Shown in pieces: positions 40,249 to 51,739 of a stretch of DNA of 64,000 nucleotides. How positions within the stretch are numbered: position 1 is the stretch's first letter; each line of letters opens with the position of its first letter. The notes beneath the pieces are model-generated. The model saw nothing but the letters and a program-made list of their open reading frames with translations, did no database searches and had not been told where the DNA came from. Source of the stretch: Nostoc sp. DedSLP01 (GTDB taxonomy: Bacteria > Cyanobacteriota > Cyanobacteriia > Cyanobacteriales > Nostocaceae); contig JAVRCJ020000003.1 in assembly GCA_034530875.2 (NCBI GenBank), positions 330,514 to 394,513 of the forward strand, in the 5' to 3' direction. A program made the position numbers and the translations under genes.

Positions 40249-43200
40249 ATGAACATTTCCCAGCTATTCATCCGCCGTCCAATCATGACAACCTTAGTGA
40301 TGGTTGGCGTCTTAATATTTGGGCTGATGAGTTACCAACAATTACCCGTTAGTGACTTGCCCAATGTGGATTATCCGACACTCCAGGTAACGGCTAGTCT
40401 GCCTGGAGCCAATCCAGAAACGATGGCGTCTTCGGTTGCCACTCCTTTAGAGCAGCAGTTTTCTAGCATTGCGGGATTGAGTTCCATGAACTCTACCAGC
40501 TCTTTGGGTAGCACGCAAATTACGCTGCAATTTGACCTCAATCGGGATATTGACGGGGCTGCACAGGATGTACAGTCTGCTATTTCTAAAGCAGCTAGGC
40601 AGTTGCCGACTAATATGCCTAATCCTCCTTCTTTCCGCAAGGTGAATCCGGCAGATCAACCAGTTCTCTACATCTCTTTAAATTCCTCGATTTTGCCGCT
40701 TTCAACTGTAGATAAGTACGCGGAAACGCTTTTGGCACAACGTCTGTCGATGGTGGATGGGGTGGCGCAAGTGCAGGTTTACGGTTCGCAAAAGTACGCG
40801 GTACGGATTCAGCTCGACCCGGAATCATTGAGCGCTAAGGGTATAGGAATCGATGAAGTGGCAACTGCGATCGCTAACGGGAATGTTAACCTCCCAACCG
40901 GGACGCTTTACGGACAGCAACAGAATTATACAATTCAAGCAAACGGTCAACTCAACGATGCCGCCAGTTATCGCTCTCTAGCTGTAACTTATCAAAACGG
41001 TGCGCCCGTGCAGCTAGGGGAACTCGGCCAAGTGCTGGACAGCGTGGAAAATGATAAGATTGCTAGCTGGTATTTTCCGACAAAGCAGGGAGTAGGCGAG
41101 ATGGGGAGTAGGGGAGATGGGGAGGTGGGGAATAACTCCTCACTCAATACTCCCAATACCAAAATCCAAAATTCTGGCGTGCGGGCGATCGTTTTAGCAA
41201 TTCAACGCCAACCGGGAACTAATACCGTGGAAGTGGTGGATGCAATTAAGAAATTGCTACCCACCTTCCAAAAACAGATTCCCGCGGCTGTGAACATGAA
41301 TATTCTCTACGATCGCTCCCAATCAATTCGCGAATCAGTAGATGATGTACAATTCACGCTCTTACTCACCATTGCTCTGGTAGTACTGGTAATCTTTCTC
41401 TTCCTTCGCAATATCTCGGCTACAGTCATTCCCAGTTTGGCAGTACCTTTATCAATCGTCGCCACCTTTGCAGTAATGCTGCTGCTGGGCTATTCCCTCG
41501 ATAACCTATCGCTGATGGCATTAACTTTATCAGTGGGTTTCGTGGTGGATGATGCCGTAGTCATGCTAGAAAACATTGTCCGCCACATGGAAATGGGTGA
41601 GAGCCGTTTGGAAGCAGCGCTGAATGGTTCTAGGGAAATTGGTTTCACAATTTTATCTATGACTATTTCCTTGGTAGCAGTATTTATCCCCGTGCTGTTC
41701 ATGGAAGGTATTCTGGGGCGACTGTTCCGTGAATTTGCCGTTACCATTAGCGTTGCCATCTTGGTTTCTGGCGCCATTTCTCTGAGTTTAACGCCAATGC
41801 TTTGTTCCAGATTCTTGCGTCCGCCTCATCATCAGGAAGCAGGGGGAGCAGAGGAGCAGAGGAGCAGAGGAGCAGAGGAAGCAGAGGGAGCAGGGGAGGC
41901 AGGGGATGCAGAGGAGGAAGGGGGAGAGATGCCCTATGCCCAAATCAAAAATCGAAAATCCAAAATCCAAAATTTCCAGACTCGTCTGTACGATATTTCG
42001 GAAAGCTTCTTTAATTTGTTGTTGCGGGGATACGATTGGAGTTTGAAAATATCGCTGAAGTATCACCGGACGACGATGGTGATTTCGGGAGCAATTCTTT
42101 TAGCGACGGTTTATCTATTTATAGTTGTGCCTAAGGGATTTGTGCCCAATGCTGATGTTGGACAAATTACTGCAACAACTCAGGCATCAGAGGATATCTC
42201 CTTTGATGAAATGGTAAAACATCAACAGGCTGTAGCTGCGATCGCTTATCGGGATCCTAATGTTGATTCGATTAACTCCAGTGTCGGAGCTGGCGGGCCA
42301 AATGCTTCTGCTAACAGCGGACGGCTGTTAATCGAACTCAAGCCCCGCCACGAGCGCCATCTTAGTGCGGATGAAATCGTGGAGAAGCTTCGACCGAAGT
42401 TGTCGAGTGTGCCTGGAATCAAAGTCTTCTTACAGAATCCCCCTGCGATAAATATTGGCGGACAACAGACAAAAGCACAGTATCAATTTAGTCTCCAAAG
42501 TCCCGATATTCAAGAGCTTTATCAGTACGCACCGCTTCTAGAAAACCAACTCCGCAATCTCTCAGAATTGCAGGATGTCAACAGCGACCTACAAATCAAA
42601 AATCCCCAAGTCAAAGTAGACATTAACCGCGACCAAGCTTCAGCTCTCGGTTTGACTGCCAATCAAATCGAAACTGCCCTCAGTAATGCTTATGGTACTC
42701 GTCAAGTCTCTACCATCTACGCCTCTGATAGCCAGTATCAAGTAATTATGGGCGTGGAACCAAAATATCAACAAAATTCCAATGCCCTAGATTTGCTCTC
42801 AATTCGCGCTCCCAACGGGCAACTCGTACCTCTGAATGCTGTAGCAACTTTGACTAAGGATGTAGGGCCGCTAACCATTAACCACAAAGGACAGCTAGCT
42901 TCTGTTACCTTTTCTTTTAACCTCAAGCCAGGAATATCTCTCAGTAGCGTCACTGGCAAAATTGAGCAACTTGCGCGTCAAACATTACCAGCTACTATTA
43001 GTACAGGCTTTCAGGGTTCAGCCCAGGCGTTTCAGTCTTCAATTCAGGGTTTAGGACTGCTGCTGCTGGTTGCCATCTTAGTGATTTATATCGTGTTGGG
43101 GATTCTCTACGAGAACTTCATTCACCCCTTGACCATCCTTTCTAGCTTACCCTCAGCTGGATTTGGGGCGCTGCTGACTTTGCTGCTGTTTCAAGTTGAC

Positions 43201-43587
43201 TTGAATATTTACGCCTTCGTGGGCATTATCTTACTGGTTGGCATTGTCAAGAAAAATGGGATTATGATGGTTGACTTTGCGATCGCAGCTCGTCAAGAAG
43301 GTAAAACTCCTTATGATGCCATTTATCAAGCCTGCTTGGTGAGATTTCGACCAATCATGATGACCACAATGGCAGCATTGATGGGCACATTACCCATCGC
43401 CCTTGGCTTTGGAGCCGGAGCAGATACACGCCGTCCCCTTGGTTTAGCAGTAGTTGGCGGGTTATTGTTCTCGCAATTCCTAACGCTTTATTTAACACCA
43501 GTTTTTTACACTTATATGGAGTCTTGGCAAACAAAGTTGCAAAAACACAACTGGCAAAAACATTCAGATTCAACCTTGGAAACTTAG
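40249..43587 (+). CDS. RND efflux permease (AcrB/MdtB/MdtC family)
   Basis: FIRRPI, GFVVDDAVVMLENI, GIVKKNGIMMVDFA and RFRPIMMTT motifs. Confidence 0.95.
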   Translation: MNISQLFIRRPIMTTLVMVGVLIFGLMSYQQLPVSDLPNVDYPTLQVTASLPGANPETMASSVATPLEQQFSSIAGLSSMNSTSSLGSTQITLQFDLNRDIDGAAQDVQSAISKAARQLPTNMPNPPSFRKVNPADQPVLYISLNSSILPLSTVDKYAETLLAQRLSMVDGVAQVQVYGSQKYAVRIQLDPESLSAKGIGIDEVATAIANGNVNLPTGTLYGQQQNYTIQANGQLNDAASYRSLAVTYQNGAPVQLGELGQVLDSVENDKIASWYFPTKQGVGEMGSRGDGEVGNNSSLNTPNTKIQNSGVRAIVLAIQRQPGTNTVEVVDAIKKLLPTFQKQIPAAVNMNILYDRSQSIRESVDDVQFTLLLTIALVVLVIFLFLRNISATVIPSLAVPLSIVATFAVMLLLGYSLDNLSLMALTLSVGFVVDDAVVMLENIVRHMEMGESRLEAALNGSREIGFTILSMTISLVAVFIPVLFMEGILGRLFREFAVTISVAILVSGAISLSLTPMLCSRFLRPPHHQEAGGAEEQRSRGAEEAEGAGEAGDAEEEGGEMPYAQIKNRKSKIQNFQTRLYDISESFFNLLLRGYDWSLKISLKYHRTTMVISGAILLATVYLFIVVPKGFVPNADVGQITATTQASEDISFDEMVKHQQAVAAIAYRDPNVDSINSSVGAGGPNASANSGRLLIELKPRHERHLSADEIVEKLRPKLSSVPGIKVFLQNPPAINIGGQQTKAQYQFSLQSPDIQELYQYAPLLENQLRNLSELQDVNSDLQIKNPQVKVDINRDQASALGLTANQIETALSNAYGTRQVSTIYASDSQYQVIMGVEPKYQQNSNALDLLSIRAPNGQLVPLNAVATLTKDVGPLTINHKGQLASVTFSFNLKPGISLSSVTGKIEQLARQTLPATISTGFQGSAQAFQSSIQGLGLLLLVAILVIYIVLGILYENFIHPLTILSSLPSAGFGALLTLLLFQVDLNIYAFVGIILLVGIVKKNGIMMVDFAIAARQEGKTPYDAIYQACLVRFRPIMMTTMAALMGTLPIALGFGAGADTRRPLGLAVVGGLLFSQFLTLYLTPVFYTYMESWQTKLQKHNWQKHSDSTLET

Positions 43588-43665
43588 AGGATAAGGTTTT
43601 GAAACCCACGCAGGTGGGTTTCATCTGTGTAGCCGCGATTTCCAATCGCCCTTTTCAAACAACCT

Positions 43666-44136
43666 CTAAGCAACAGCAGTAGCACTATAAAATTTTTCTA
43701 AGTTTTGCTTTTGAAAAAAATTGAGATATTGAGACACAATTTCTGGACTGAGTAATTCAAGTAATAGACGGTTTTCAATCCAAAATTCGATTACTTCAAA
43801 TCTACCCCGGTTACAACGCAGTACCCGCCATCCTTCACTAGCAGCAATTTCTTCAATCTCTTTTTGGCTAACAGACACACTTACGGCTGCATGAACGGCA
43901 TTGAATTGGTTAATGTTATCATTTTCACGAAATTTAACTTGTTGTTCGCCATCACCAGGAATCAACTCAATACCTAGTGGATAAACTTCAATCATAGTGC
44001 CGTGTTCATCAAGAGCTACTGCTACATAGCTTCCAGGATTTGAAGGAAACGGAGCAGCCTTGCCACCTAAAATTTTAGCTAAAACCTCAGCAACATGAGG
44101 GGGGTTATTCGCTGGAATAGAAATATGGTGAATCAT
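43666..44136 (-). CDS. VOC/glyoxalase-like hypothetical protein
   Basis: IHHISI...IEVYP...VHAAV...IEFWIENRLLLE pattern. Confidence 0.6.
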   Translation of the reverse strand: MIHHISIPANNPPHVAEVLAKILGGKAAPFPSNPGSYVAVALDEHGTMIEVYPLGIELIPGDGEQQVKFRENDNINQFNAVHAAVSVSVSQKEIEEIAASEGWRVLRCNRGRFEVIEFWIENRLLLELLSPEIVSQYLNFFQKQNLEKFYSATAVA

Positions 44137-44471
44137 CTGTCTTGCCTCAATAGTTTAGACAATTTATAATTAGCTATACTTTTAACCGATAGTTAATATC
44201 GGCTTTATATAGCAATCCACTTTGATTTTTGAATTTCTTTGTGTAGGTAATTAGCCTTTTCGATATCTAGCCTATGTTTTTAACCCAATCAAATAGGATT
44301 ACTATACATATTAACTATTCAAAAATAAAATATTTTATTAATACTTATTTGTTCATAAAAGTTAGTATTAATTATAAATTGTCTAATTTCTTTGATTAAA
44401 AAAATTATCTTATGCCTTGATTGCATCTATCTTTAGTAGCGTGCTATTTATGTCTGTAGCAAGTTTAATTT

Positions 44472-45353
44472 ATGATTCTCAATCTAAAAATTGAGATTAT
44501 GTCTTCTGAATTCGCACTTTCTCCGAAAACTAAACTGATGATTTTGGAAAATTATCAATTTAACTATTCTTTAATTGGCAAACCAGACAAACCGCTGATT
44601 CTTTTTCTACACGGCTTCATGGGTAATATTGATGAATTTGATGAAGCGATAAAATTATTATCTGATGAATTTTCTTATTTAACGCTTGACCTGCCAGGAC
44701 ACGGCAAAACTCAAGTTTTAGGTGGCGATGAATACTATACAATGCCTAAAACTGCGGATGCAATAATTAGTTTATTAGACAAATTAAAAATAGACAAATC
44801 TTTTTTAGTTGGTTATTCAATGGGCGGAAGATTAGCTCTATATCTTGCCCTACATTTTCCAGAACGCTTCTTGAAAGTAATATTAGAATCAGCTTCGCCA
44901 GGTTTGGCAACAGAAACAGAACGATTAGAAAGAATTAAACGGGATACGCAAATAGGCAGAAAATTGACAAGAATTACTACTAAGACTGATTTTGCCGATT
45001 TTCTCTCTAATTGGTACAAGCAAGCAATTTTTGGCGATATCAAAAATCATCCAGAATATGACAAAATGCTAGAAAATCGCTTGCAAAACAATCCGCAAGA
45101 ATTAGATAAATCGCTACGCTTTATGGGTACTGGATGCCAGCCTAATTTATGGTCTAAATTAGCAGACAATAAAATTCCTATACTGTTATTAGCTGGTGAA
45201 TATGATGAAAAGTTTGTATATGTTAATACAGAGATGGCTCAGATATGTAAATTTGCCCAGCTAAAAATAATTGCTAATGCTGGACATAATATTCACTTTG
45301 AAAACACTTTAGTATTTATGCAAGTTCTCAAAGATTTTTTGGAATTATCCTAA
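44472..45353 (+). CDS. menH: SHCHC synthase (alpha/beta hydrolase); start probably 44499 or 44538
   Basis: LHGFMG, GYSMGGR, ESASPG, DEKF and AGHNIH motifs. Confidence 0.85.
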   Translation: MILNLKIEIMSSEFALSPKTKLMILENYQFNYSLIGKPDKPLILFLHGFMGNIDEFDEAIKLLSDEFSYLTLDLPGHGKTQVLGGDEYYTMPKTADAIISLLDKLKIDKSFLVGYSMGGRLALYLALHFPERFLKVILESASPGLATETERLERIKRDTQIGRKLTRITTKTDFADFLSNWYKQAIFGDIKNHPEYDKMLENRLQNNPQELDKSLRFMGTGCQPNLWSKLADNKIPILLLAGEYDEKFVYVNTEMAQICKFAQLKIIANAGHNIHFENTLVFMQVLKDFLELS

Positions 45354-45787
45354 TTGTCTTTAAATTTAAATAATTTTCTGTTTCCTATCGCTTGGGCGAT
45401 CGCTGTCTCTAGCAGCTATATTAAACGAAGCACAATTAGATATTATTAGTCAATCATTCTTTAGTATAGTTAAAATCCAACTTTTGGAAGAAGTTGAAAT
45501 TCAATATTTTTTCTAATCTTTGAAAATAATTGAAACTTAATATGCACATCTTGGTAATGTCAAAACAATTGGCACTATCTCAATTTTGCATCGCTAAATT
45601 ATTTTTTTAGTTATCAATTCTCAATTAATTTGATTGTCATTTTTGCGTCACATTTATATTGAACTATATTCTATATCGAGATATGAATATAACTTGATAT
45701 TTCTATCTCTACTAAATAATTATTTGAGGTAATTCTTTGATGGAAGAAACCAAAAAATTCCTGCTCAACACTAAATGAGGAATTAAT

Positions 45788-47155
45788 GTGAGTAGACCTA
45801 AAGACTACAATTTGCTTGAGCAGACAGAGATTATTGAAGTAGCATCACCCAAGCCATCACTGACATTACCTGATGCAGTAGCTCTGATTGTTGGTATTGT
45901 CATCGGGGCAGGGATTTTTCAAACCCCCGCTCTAGTAGCTAATCAAGCGGGTAGTAATATTGCGGTACTGCTTTTTTGGTTCGTCGGTGGTCTAATATCT
46001 CTCGTAGGAGCGCTGTGCTATGCAGAGTTAGCAACAGTTTATCCTGATGTGGGAGGCGCTTACTACTATTTAAAACGTGCTTTTGGGCGAGGAGTCGCCT
46101 TTTTATTTGCTTGGGCACGGATGACAGTAATTCAAACTGGTTCCATTGCTCTTTTAGCATTTGTTTTTGGCGATTATGTTTCCCAAATATGGTGGCTAGG
46201 CACGTTTTCATCTTCAATTTATGCAGCAGTAGCGATCGCCTTTTTAACTGCTTTGAACATCGTCGGTTTGGAACAAGGCAAGCGGACACAAAACTTACTG
46301 AGTATTGCCAAAGTTTTAGGTTTATTGTTGGTAGTAATTATCGGACTTAGCGCCACTCCTAATTCCACTGCGCCTGTAGAATCTGCATCCTCAGGAACCT
46401 GGGGACTGGCGATGGTGTTTGTGCTGCTTTCCTACGGCGGTTGGAATGAAGCCGCTTACATCTCCGCCGAAATTCAGAATGGCCGGCGCAACATAGTGCG
46501 ATCGCTCATTTGGAGTATTGGTATTATCACCGCCATTTACGTGTTGATTAACCTAGCTTATCTGCGGGGGCTAGGGTTAACCAACATGGCACAGTCAGAA
46601 GCAGTAGCCGCAGATTTAATGCGATCGCTTTGGGGCGCACCAGGAGCTTTATTCATCAGCGTGTTGATTGCGATCGCCACTTTAGGGGCAACCAACGCCA
46701 CAATTTTTACCGGAGCGCGTACCAATTACGCACTGGGACAAGATTTTTCCGTATTTGGTTTTATGGGGCGCTGGCAGCAACGTCCTAGCAGTCCTACCCA
46801 AGCCTTATTGTTGCAAGGAGCGATCGCTTTAGCACTGATTGTTTTAGGCACGCTCACCCGCAAAGGCTTTGAAACAATGGTGGATTACACCGCACCTGTG
46901 TTTTGGTTCTTCTTCTTGCTTTCAGGCATATCGCTGCTCGTCTTACGGGTGCGAGAACCCAACATAGCACGCCCATTTCGCGTACCGTTTTATCCTTTCA
47001 CACCATTACTCTTTTGCGCCGTCTGCGGTTACTTACTTTATTCCAGCTTAGTTTACACAGGCGTCGGAGCAATTTTAGGTGTTTTAGTTGTCGCAGCAGG
47101 TATCCCGCTGTTGCTCTGGAATAACCAACGGGGGCAGAGAGATGTGGGGAGATGA
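45788..47155 (+). CDS. APC family amino acid permease
   Basis: GIVIGAGIF, YAEL and YGGWNEAAYISAE motifs; about 12 TM segments. Confidence 0.9.
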   Translation: MSRPKDYNLLEQTEIIEVASPKPSLTLPDAVALIVGIVIGAGIFQTPALVANQAGSNIAVLLFWFVGGLISLVGALCYAELATVYPDVGGAYYYLKRAFGRGVAFLFAWARMTVIQTGSIALLAFVFGDYVSQIWWLGTFSSSIYAAVAIAFLTALNIVGLEQGKRTQNLLSIAKVLGLLLVVIIGLSATPNSTAPVESASSGTWGLAMVFVLLSYGGWNEAAYISAEIQNGRRNIVRSLIWSIGIITAIYVLINLAYLRGLGLTNMAQSEAVAADLMRSLWGAPGALFISVLIAIATLGATNATIFTGARTNYALGQDFSVFGFMGRWQQRPSSPTQALLLQGAIALALIVLGTLTRKGFETMVDYTAPVFWFFFLLSGISLLVLRVREPNIARPFRVPFYPFTPLLFCAVCGYLLYSSLVYTGVGAILGVLVVAAGIPLLLWNNQRGQRDVGR

Positions 47156-47318
47156 GGAGTAGGGGAGATGGGGAGATGGGAAGTGTGGGGAGTGTGGGAA
47201 GAAAAAGAATTTATGCCCCTTCTCTTCCCACACCTCCCACGCCTCCTGCTTCCCCAATGCCCAATGTTCCAATAACTAATGACTAGTGACTAATAACTAA
47301 TGACTAAGGAGAAAATTC

Positions 47319-47975
47319 ATGAACTTCAAAAAAATTCTGTTTTTAGTGGTTACAGGGGTTAGTATTACCAGCTTGGGAATTAGTGGGTGTACGACGGAAC
47401 AGCGTAATGCTGAAACTGGGACAGAACCTCCTTCTACTTTAACGGCTGAAACTGAAACACTAACTCCCTCGGGTGCGCCAACAACTCAACCCCAAGAACG
47501 TCCCGGTGATGTTCCTTATGTGCCAACTCCGCAACCAGTGGTAGATGCAATGTTGAAAGTGGCAAAAGTAGGCCCGAATGATGTGCTTTACGACCTTGGC
47601 AGTGGTGATGGGCGAATTGTGATTACTGCGGCACAAAATATCGGTACGCGTGGTGTAGGCATAGATATTGACCCCCAACGCATCCAAGAAGCTAATGAAA
47701 ATGCCAAGAAAGCAGGAGTGACAGACCGCGTGAAGTTTGTCCAGCAGGACTTGTTTAAAACTGATTTGAGCGATGCAACAGTAGTTACGCTTTACCTGTT
47801 ACCAGAAATCAATGAGAGACTGCGCCCCACACTCTTGAAACTCAAACCTGGTACCCGCATTGTTTCCCACGCTTTTGATATGGGCGACTGGAAACCACAG
47901 CAAACACTCAATGTAGAGGGTAAAACTGTTTACTATTGGGTAGTTCCTAAAGAGATACCAGCGAATTTACGATAA
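47319..47975 (+). CDS. Class I SAM-dependent methyltransferase with lipoprotein-like signal
   Basis: PYVPTP, YDLGSGDGRI and TLYLL motifs; N-terminal MNFKK..ISGC lipobox. Confidence 0.85.
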   Translation: MNFKKILFLVVTGVSITSLGISGCTTEQRNAETGTEPPSTLTAETETLTPSGAPTTQPQERPGDVPYVPTPQPVVDAMLKVAKVGPNDVLYDLGSGDGRIVITAAQNIGTRGVGIDIDPQRIQEANENAKKAGVTDRVKFVQQDLFKTDLSDATVVTLYLLPEINERLRPTLLKLKPGTRIVSHAFDMGDWKPQQTLNVEGKTVYYWVVPKEIPANLR

Positions 47976-48168
47976 AAAGCGTGTGAATTTAGCATTTGGG
48001 ATTGAAAAAATAATCTTAGATCCAAATTCCAGATAAGTAGCTCAACCTAAAAAACGTAAGATGTAGATGTAAATAAATGTAGTGGACTGACACAGCTAAA
48101 ATAGTGCATTAGTAAACTCTTGTGGGATGGGCGTCTCGCCCGTCCGGGGCGGGCAGGATGCCATTGGT

Positions 48169-48349
48169 GTCAACTTAAGCTCAAACTCTTGCCCCACAAT
48201 CGTTTTACCCCACCCCCAACCCCTCCCCTTGCCAAGGGGAGGGGAGGTTTTGGCTTTAGACAAAACCGGGGTGGGGTAACGCGGATCTTAATGGGAAGTC
48301 AGTAGACCTCGCTCATCACGTTTTCATCAGGGTTTCACGTTAAGTTGAC
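48169..48349. mobile_element. MITE-like element with GTCAACTTAA terminal inverted repeats
   Basis: GTCAACTTAAG...TTAAGTTGAC; the first ~115 bp are nearly identical to 51265-51573 once the insertion there is removed. Confidence 0.65.
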
Positions 48350-48598
48350 CTACTTACTAATAAGTAGCTGAAGAGAATTAACTACACAAAGTCATTGCGA
48401 TCGCTCGCAATGACTGTAATTATTTTTGCTTATCTACTTGTTGGTTGGAATTCTATCTCTCGATTTAGTAATTAATACTTTTAATCTCAAATTCCAAATC
48501 TGTCTTGAAAAGTTTTGATGCCTGCGGCGGGCTACGCCAACGGAGGAAACCTCCGCTCAAACTTTTCGCAAAATCCAAATTCATTTGAGTGAGAAAAT

Positions 48599-49408
48599 AT
48601 GATAGGGTTAAAGGGAAAGAATGCCTTAATTACAGGTGCAACATCAGGTATAGGTCAAGCGATCGCCATTAAACTTGCTCAAGAAGGCTGCAATATCGCT
48701 ATCAATTACCGCAAAGACCCTGAAGCAGCCGAACAAACTCAAGAGATGGCATTAGAAAAAGCCTGTCAAGATATTAATAATTGTGGTGTGAACTCGTTGT
48801 TAGTGCAGGGAGATGTATCTCAAGAATCAGACATTGTGGAGATGGTCAATACTGTTGTTAAAGAATTTGGCAGTTTAGATATTCTCGTCAACAATGCTGG
48901 TATTCAACTAGAAAATCCATCTCATGAAGTCCCCACAGCAGATTTTGACCGAGTGATTGCAGTAAATCTCCGGGGTGCTTTTCTCTGCGCCCGTGAAACT
49001 ATTAAACACCTGCTGTCTGCTAATCGTCAGGGAGTAATTATTAATATTTCCAGCGTTCACGAAATTATTCCTCGACCGATGTATATCAGTTATTCTATTA
49101 GCAAAGGCGGCATGGAAAACCTGACCAAAAGTTTAGCATTGGAATACGCTAGTCAAGGTATTCGTGTTAACGCCGTTGCCCCCGGAGCGACAATCACGCC
49201 AATCAATAAAGCCTGGACAAATGACCCTGAAAAAAAGGCGATCGTGGAAAGTCACATCCCAATGGGGCGGGCTGGCACCAGTGAAGAGATGGCAGCCGCA
49301 GTGGCTTTTTTAGCTTCTGATGAAGCCGCATATATCACCGGACAAACATTATTTGTAGACGGTGGATTAACTCTATATGCTGATTTCCGGGAATCCTGGT
49401 CGGCTTAA
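48599..49408 (+). CDS. Glucose 1-dehydrogenase-like SDR oxidoreductase
   Basis: TGATSGIG, NNAGIQ, SSVHE and YSISKGG motifs. Confidence 0.88.
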   Translation: MIGLKGKNALITGATSGIGQAIAIKLAQEGCNIAINYRKDPEAAEQTQEMALEKACQDINNCGVNSLLVQGDVSQESDIVEMVNTVVKEFGSLDILVNNAGIQLENPSHEVPTADFDRVIAVNLRGAFLCARETIKHLLSANRQGVIINISSVHEIIPRPMYISYSISKGGMENLTKSLALEYASQGIRVNAVAPGATITPINKAWTNDPEKKAIVESHIPMGRAGTSEEMAAAVAFLASDEAAYITGQTLFVDGGLTLYADFRESWSA

Positions 49409-49637
49409 GGAACTATTGAGAGCAGGGGGGAAGAAATAGTCGTATTGGGTCTGGAGATTGGGATAAGTTGTTTTTTGGAGTTCCTTAAGAGTTTAGCTGG
49501 CGTACTTTCCACGATTAAGCCAATACATCAATACAGTTTAGATCGGCGTGTTTTTTCTGGTTTCCTTATGTTCGCAGAGAAACTTTCTTAACTGAACTGT
49601 ATTGACCTATACATAATATTAGTGGAATTAAACGCCT

Positions 49638-51038
49638 ATGACTGGCACGAGCAATAAGAACAGTTTGCTAGAAGCGGAAGCTTGGAAATTTCTGGAAAAG
49701 TCGATAATTTATTATCAAGGAAAACCCATCGGTACTGTAGCTGCTTGCGATCCCAAGTTAGATGCACTCAATTATGACCAGTGTTTTCTTCGGGATTTTG
49801 TGCCTTCGGCTTTGGTGTTTCTGATGTATGGCAAAGCAGATATTGTCCGCAACTTCTTAATAGAAACGCTGAAATTACAAAGCCATGAAAAACAAATGGA
49901 CTGCTTTGAACCGGGTGCGGGGTTAATGCCTGCTAGTTTCAAAGTACAATATATTGGCAGTGAGGAATTTTTGATTGCTGATTTTGGCGAACAAGCGATC
50001 GCTCGCGTTCCTCCAGTTGATTCTTGTATGTGGTGGATTCTCTTGCTACGCGCTTATGAAAAAGCTACAGGCGATTTAACTCTAGCGCGTCAGCCAGATT
50101 TTCAAGCCGGAATTAAGTTAATTTTAGACCTTTGTTTGGTACATCGCTTTTCCATGTACCCAACAATGTTAGTTCCCGATGGCGCATTTATGATTGACCG
50201 TCGGCTGGGAGTTTACGAACATCCTTTAGAAATTCAAGTCTTATTTTATGCGTCCTTGAGAGCAGCTTGTGAATTACTTTTACCAGATGGCAATGGTGAT
50301 TATCTGGGTAAAGTTAATCGCAGATTGGGAGCTTTAAAATATCATATCCGCAATTATTACTGGCTAGACGTACAACGATTGCGAGAAATTTATCGTTACA
50401 AAGGTAACGAATTTGGTAAAGAAATTGCAAATAAATTCAACATCCAATCAGAATCTATCCCTAGTTGGTTGACTGAATGGTTACCCGAAACTGGAGGATA
50501 TTTAGCTGGGAATTTGGGGCCGGGACGGATGGATTTTCGCTTTTTTACTTTGGGAAATCTGATGGCAATCTTAGCTTCCTTAGCAAGCGAAAAAGAATCT
50601 CAAAGTATCATGAATTTGTTTGCCCAACGCTGGCAAGACTTGATTGGCTATATGCCTGTTAAAATCTGCTTTCCAGCTTTGCAAGGTTTAGAGTGGAGAA
50701 TTGTTACAGGATGCGACTCTAAAAACATTGCTTGGTCTTATCACAACGGTGGAAACTGGCCTGTTTTATTGTGGATATTTACTGCTGCGGCACAGAAAAT
50801 AGGTAGGATAGAACTTGCCCAAGAAGCGATCGCCATTGCTGAAAATCGTTTATTTGAAGATGAATTTCCCGAATACTACGATGGCAACAACGGTCGTTTA
50901 ATTGGCAAAGAAGCCAGAATTTATCAAACTTGGAGCATTGCCGGCTTACTAGCAGCAAAAAAGTTCCTAGCAAATCCAGATTATTTGGAATTAATCAGTT
51001 TTCCAGAGGGTCTTGAAGGGCCTGGCTGTAGTATTTAA
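49638..51038 (+). CDS. Alkaline/neutral invertase (GH100)
   Basis: [38 protein letters not shown] and EYYDG motifs. Confidence 0.95.
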   Translation: MTGTSNKNSLLEAEAWKFLEKSIIYYQGKPIGTVAACDPKLDALNYDQCFLRDFVPSALVFLMYGKADIVRNFLIETLKLQSHEKQMDCFEPGAGLMPASFKVQYIGSEEFLIADFGEQAIARVPPVDSCMWWILLLRAYEKATGDLTLARQPDFQAGIKLILDLCLVHRFSMYPTMLVPDGAFMIDRRLGVYEHPLEIQVLFYASLRAACELLLPDGNGDYLGKVNRRLGALKYHIRNYYWLDVQRLREIYRYKGNEFGKEIANKFNIQSESIPSWLTEWLPETGGYLAGNLGPGRMDFRFFTLGNLMAILASLASEKESQSIMNLFAQRWQDLIGYMPVKICFPALQGLEWRIVTGCDSKNIAWSYHNGGNWPVLLWIFTAAAQKIGRIELAQEAIAIAENRLFEDEFPEYYDGNNGRLIGKEARIYQTWSIAGLLAAKKFLANPDYLELISFPEGLEGPGCSI

Positions 51039-51264
51039 CGAAGGCAGGAGGCAGAAGGCAGAAGGCCGTTTTTGTAACGAGGATTTATACGCCATTCCAA
51101 AAACTTTTCGCCTTAAAAGACTGTCTTTGTAGCGGTACGAAGTCCGGTCGATTGTTTCGATAACCATAGCCCTCATGTAGAGACGCGATTTATCGCGTCT
51201 AAAAGACAGGTTTCATATATTTAAACCACAATACCTGGTAGGGGCTTTATAGCTGTTCATTAGT

Positions 51265-51739
51265 GTCAACTTAAGCTCAAACTCCTGCCCCACAATCGTT
51301 TTACCCCACCCCCAACCCCTCCCCTTGGCAAGGCTACGGTGTACACACAAGTTATCGAATCACCACCAGTCCTCGAATTACCCCACCCTAACCCTCCCCT
51401 TAGAAAGGGGAGGGGGAGGGAACTGGATCTCTTTTTCCCCCCTTAACAAGGGGGGATTAAGGGGGGTAAAGTCCGGAATTCACAAGCAACTCCGACTTGT
51501 GTGTACACCGTAGCCTTGGCAAGGATAGGGGCGGTTTTGGCTTTAGACAAAACCGGGGTGGGGTAACGCGGATCGTGATGGTAAGTCAACTTAACGCAAA
51601 AGGGGCGGTTAGAAACCGCGTCTACACAAACAAAACCCACCTGCGTGGGTTTCAAAACCTTAATTTTCCCTTAGTCCGCGCACCATCCGGACTTTGCCTG
51701 TGTAGCGCGCGAATTCTATTCGCCGCGGCTTAAGTTGAG
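51265..51739. mobile_element. Composite of GTCAACTTAA-type repeats with a nested MITE
   Basis: GTCAACTTAA at 51265 and 51585; CTTAAGTTGA at 51729; homologous to 48169-48290 and 56638-56829. Confidence 0.65.
51334..51513. mobile_element. 180-bp MITE with 19-bp TIRs and an 11-bp target-site duplication
   Basis: TIRs CTACGGTGTACACACAAGT / ACTTGTGTGTACACCGTAG; flanking direct repeat CCTTGGCAAGG (51323-33, 51514-24). Confidence 0.88.
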
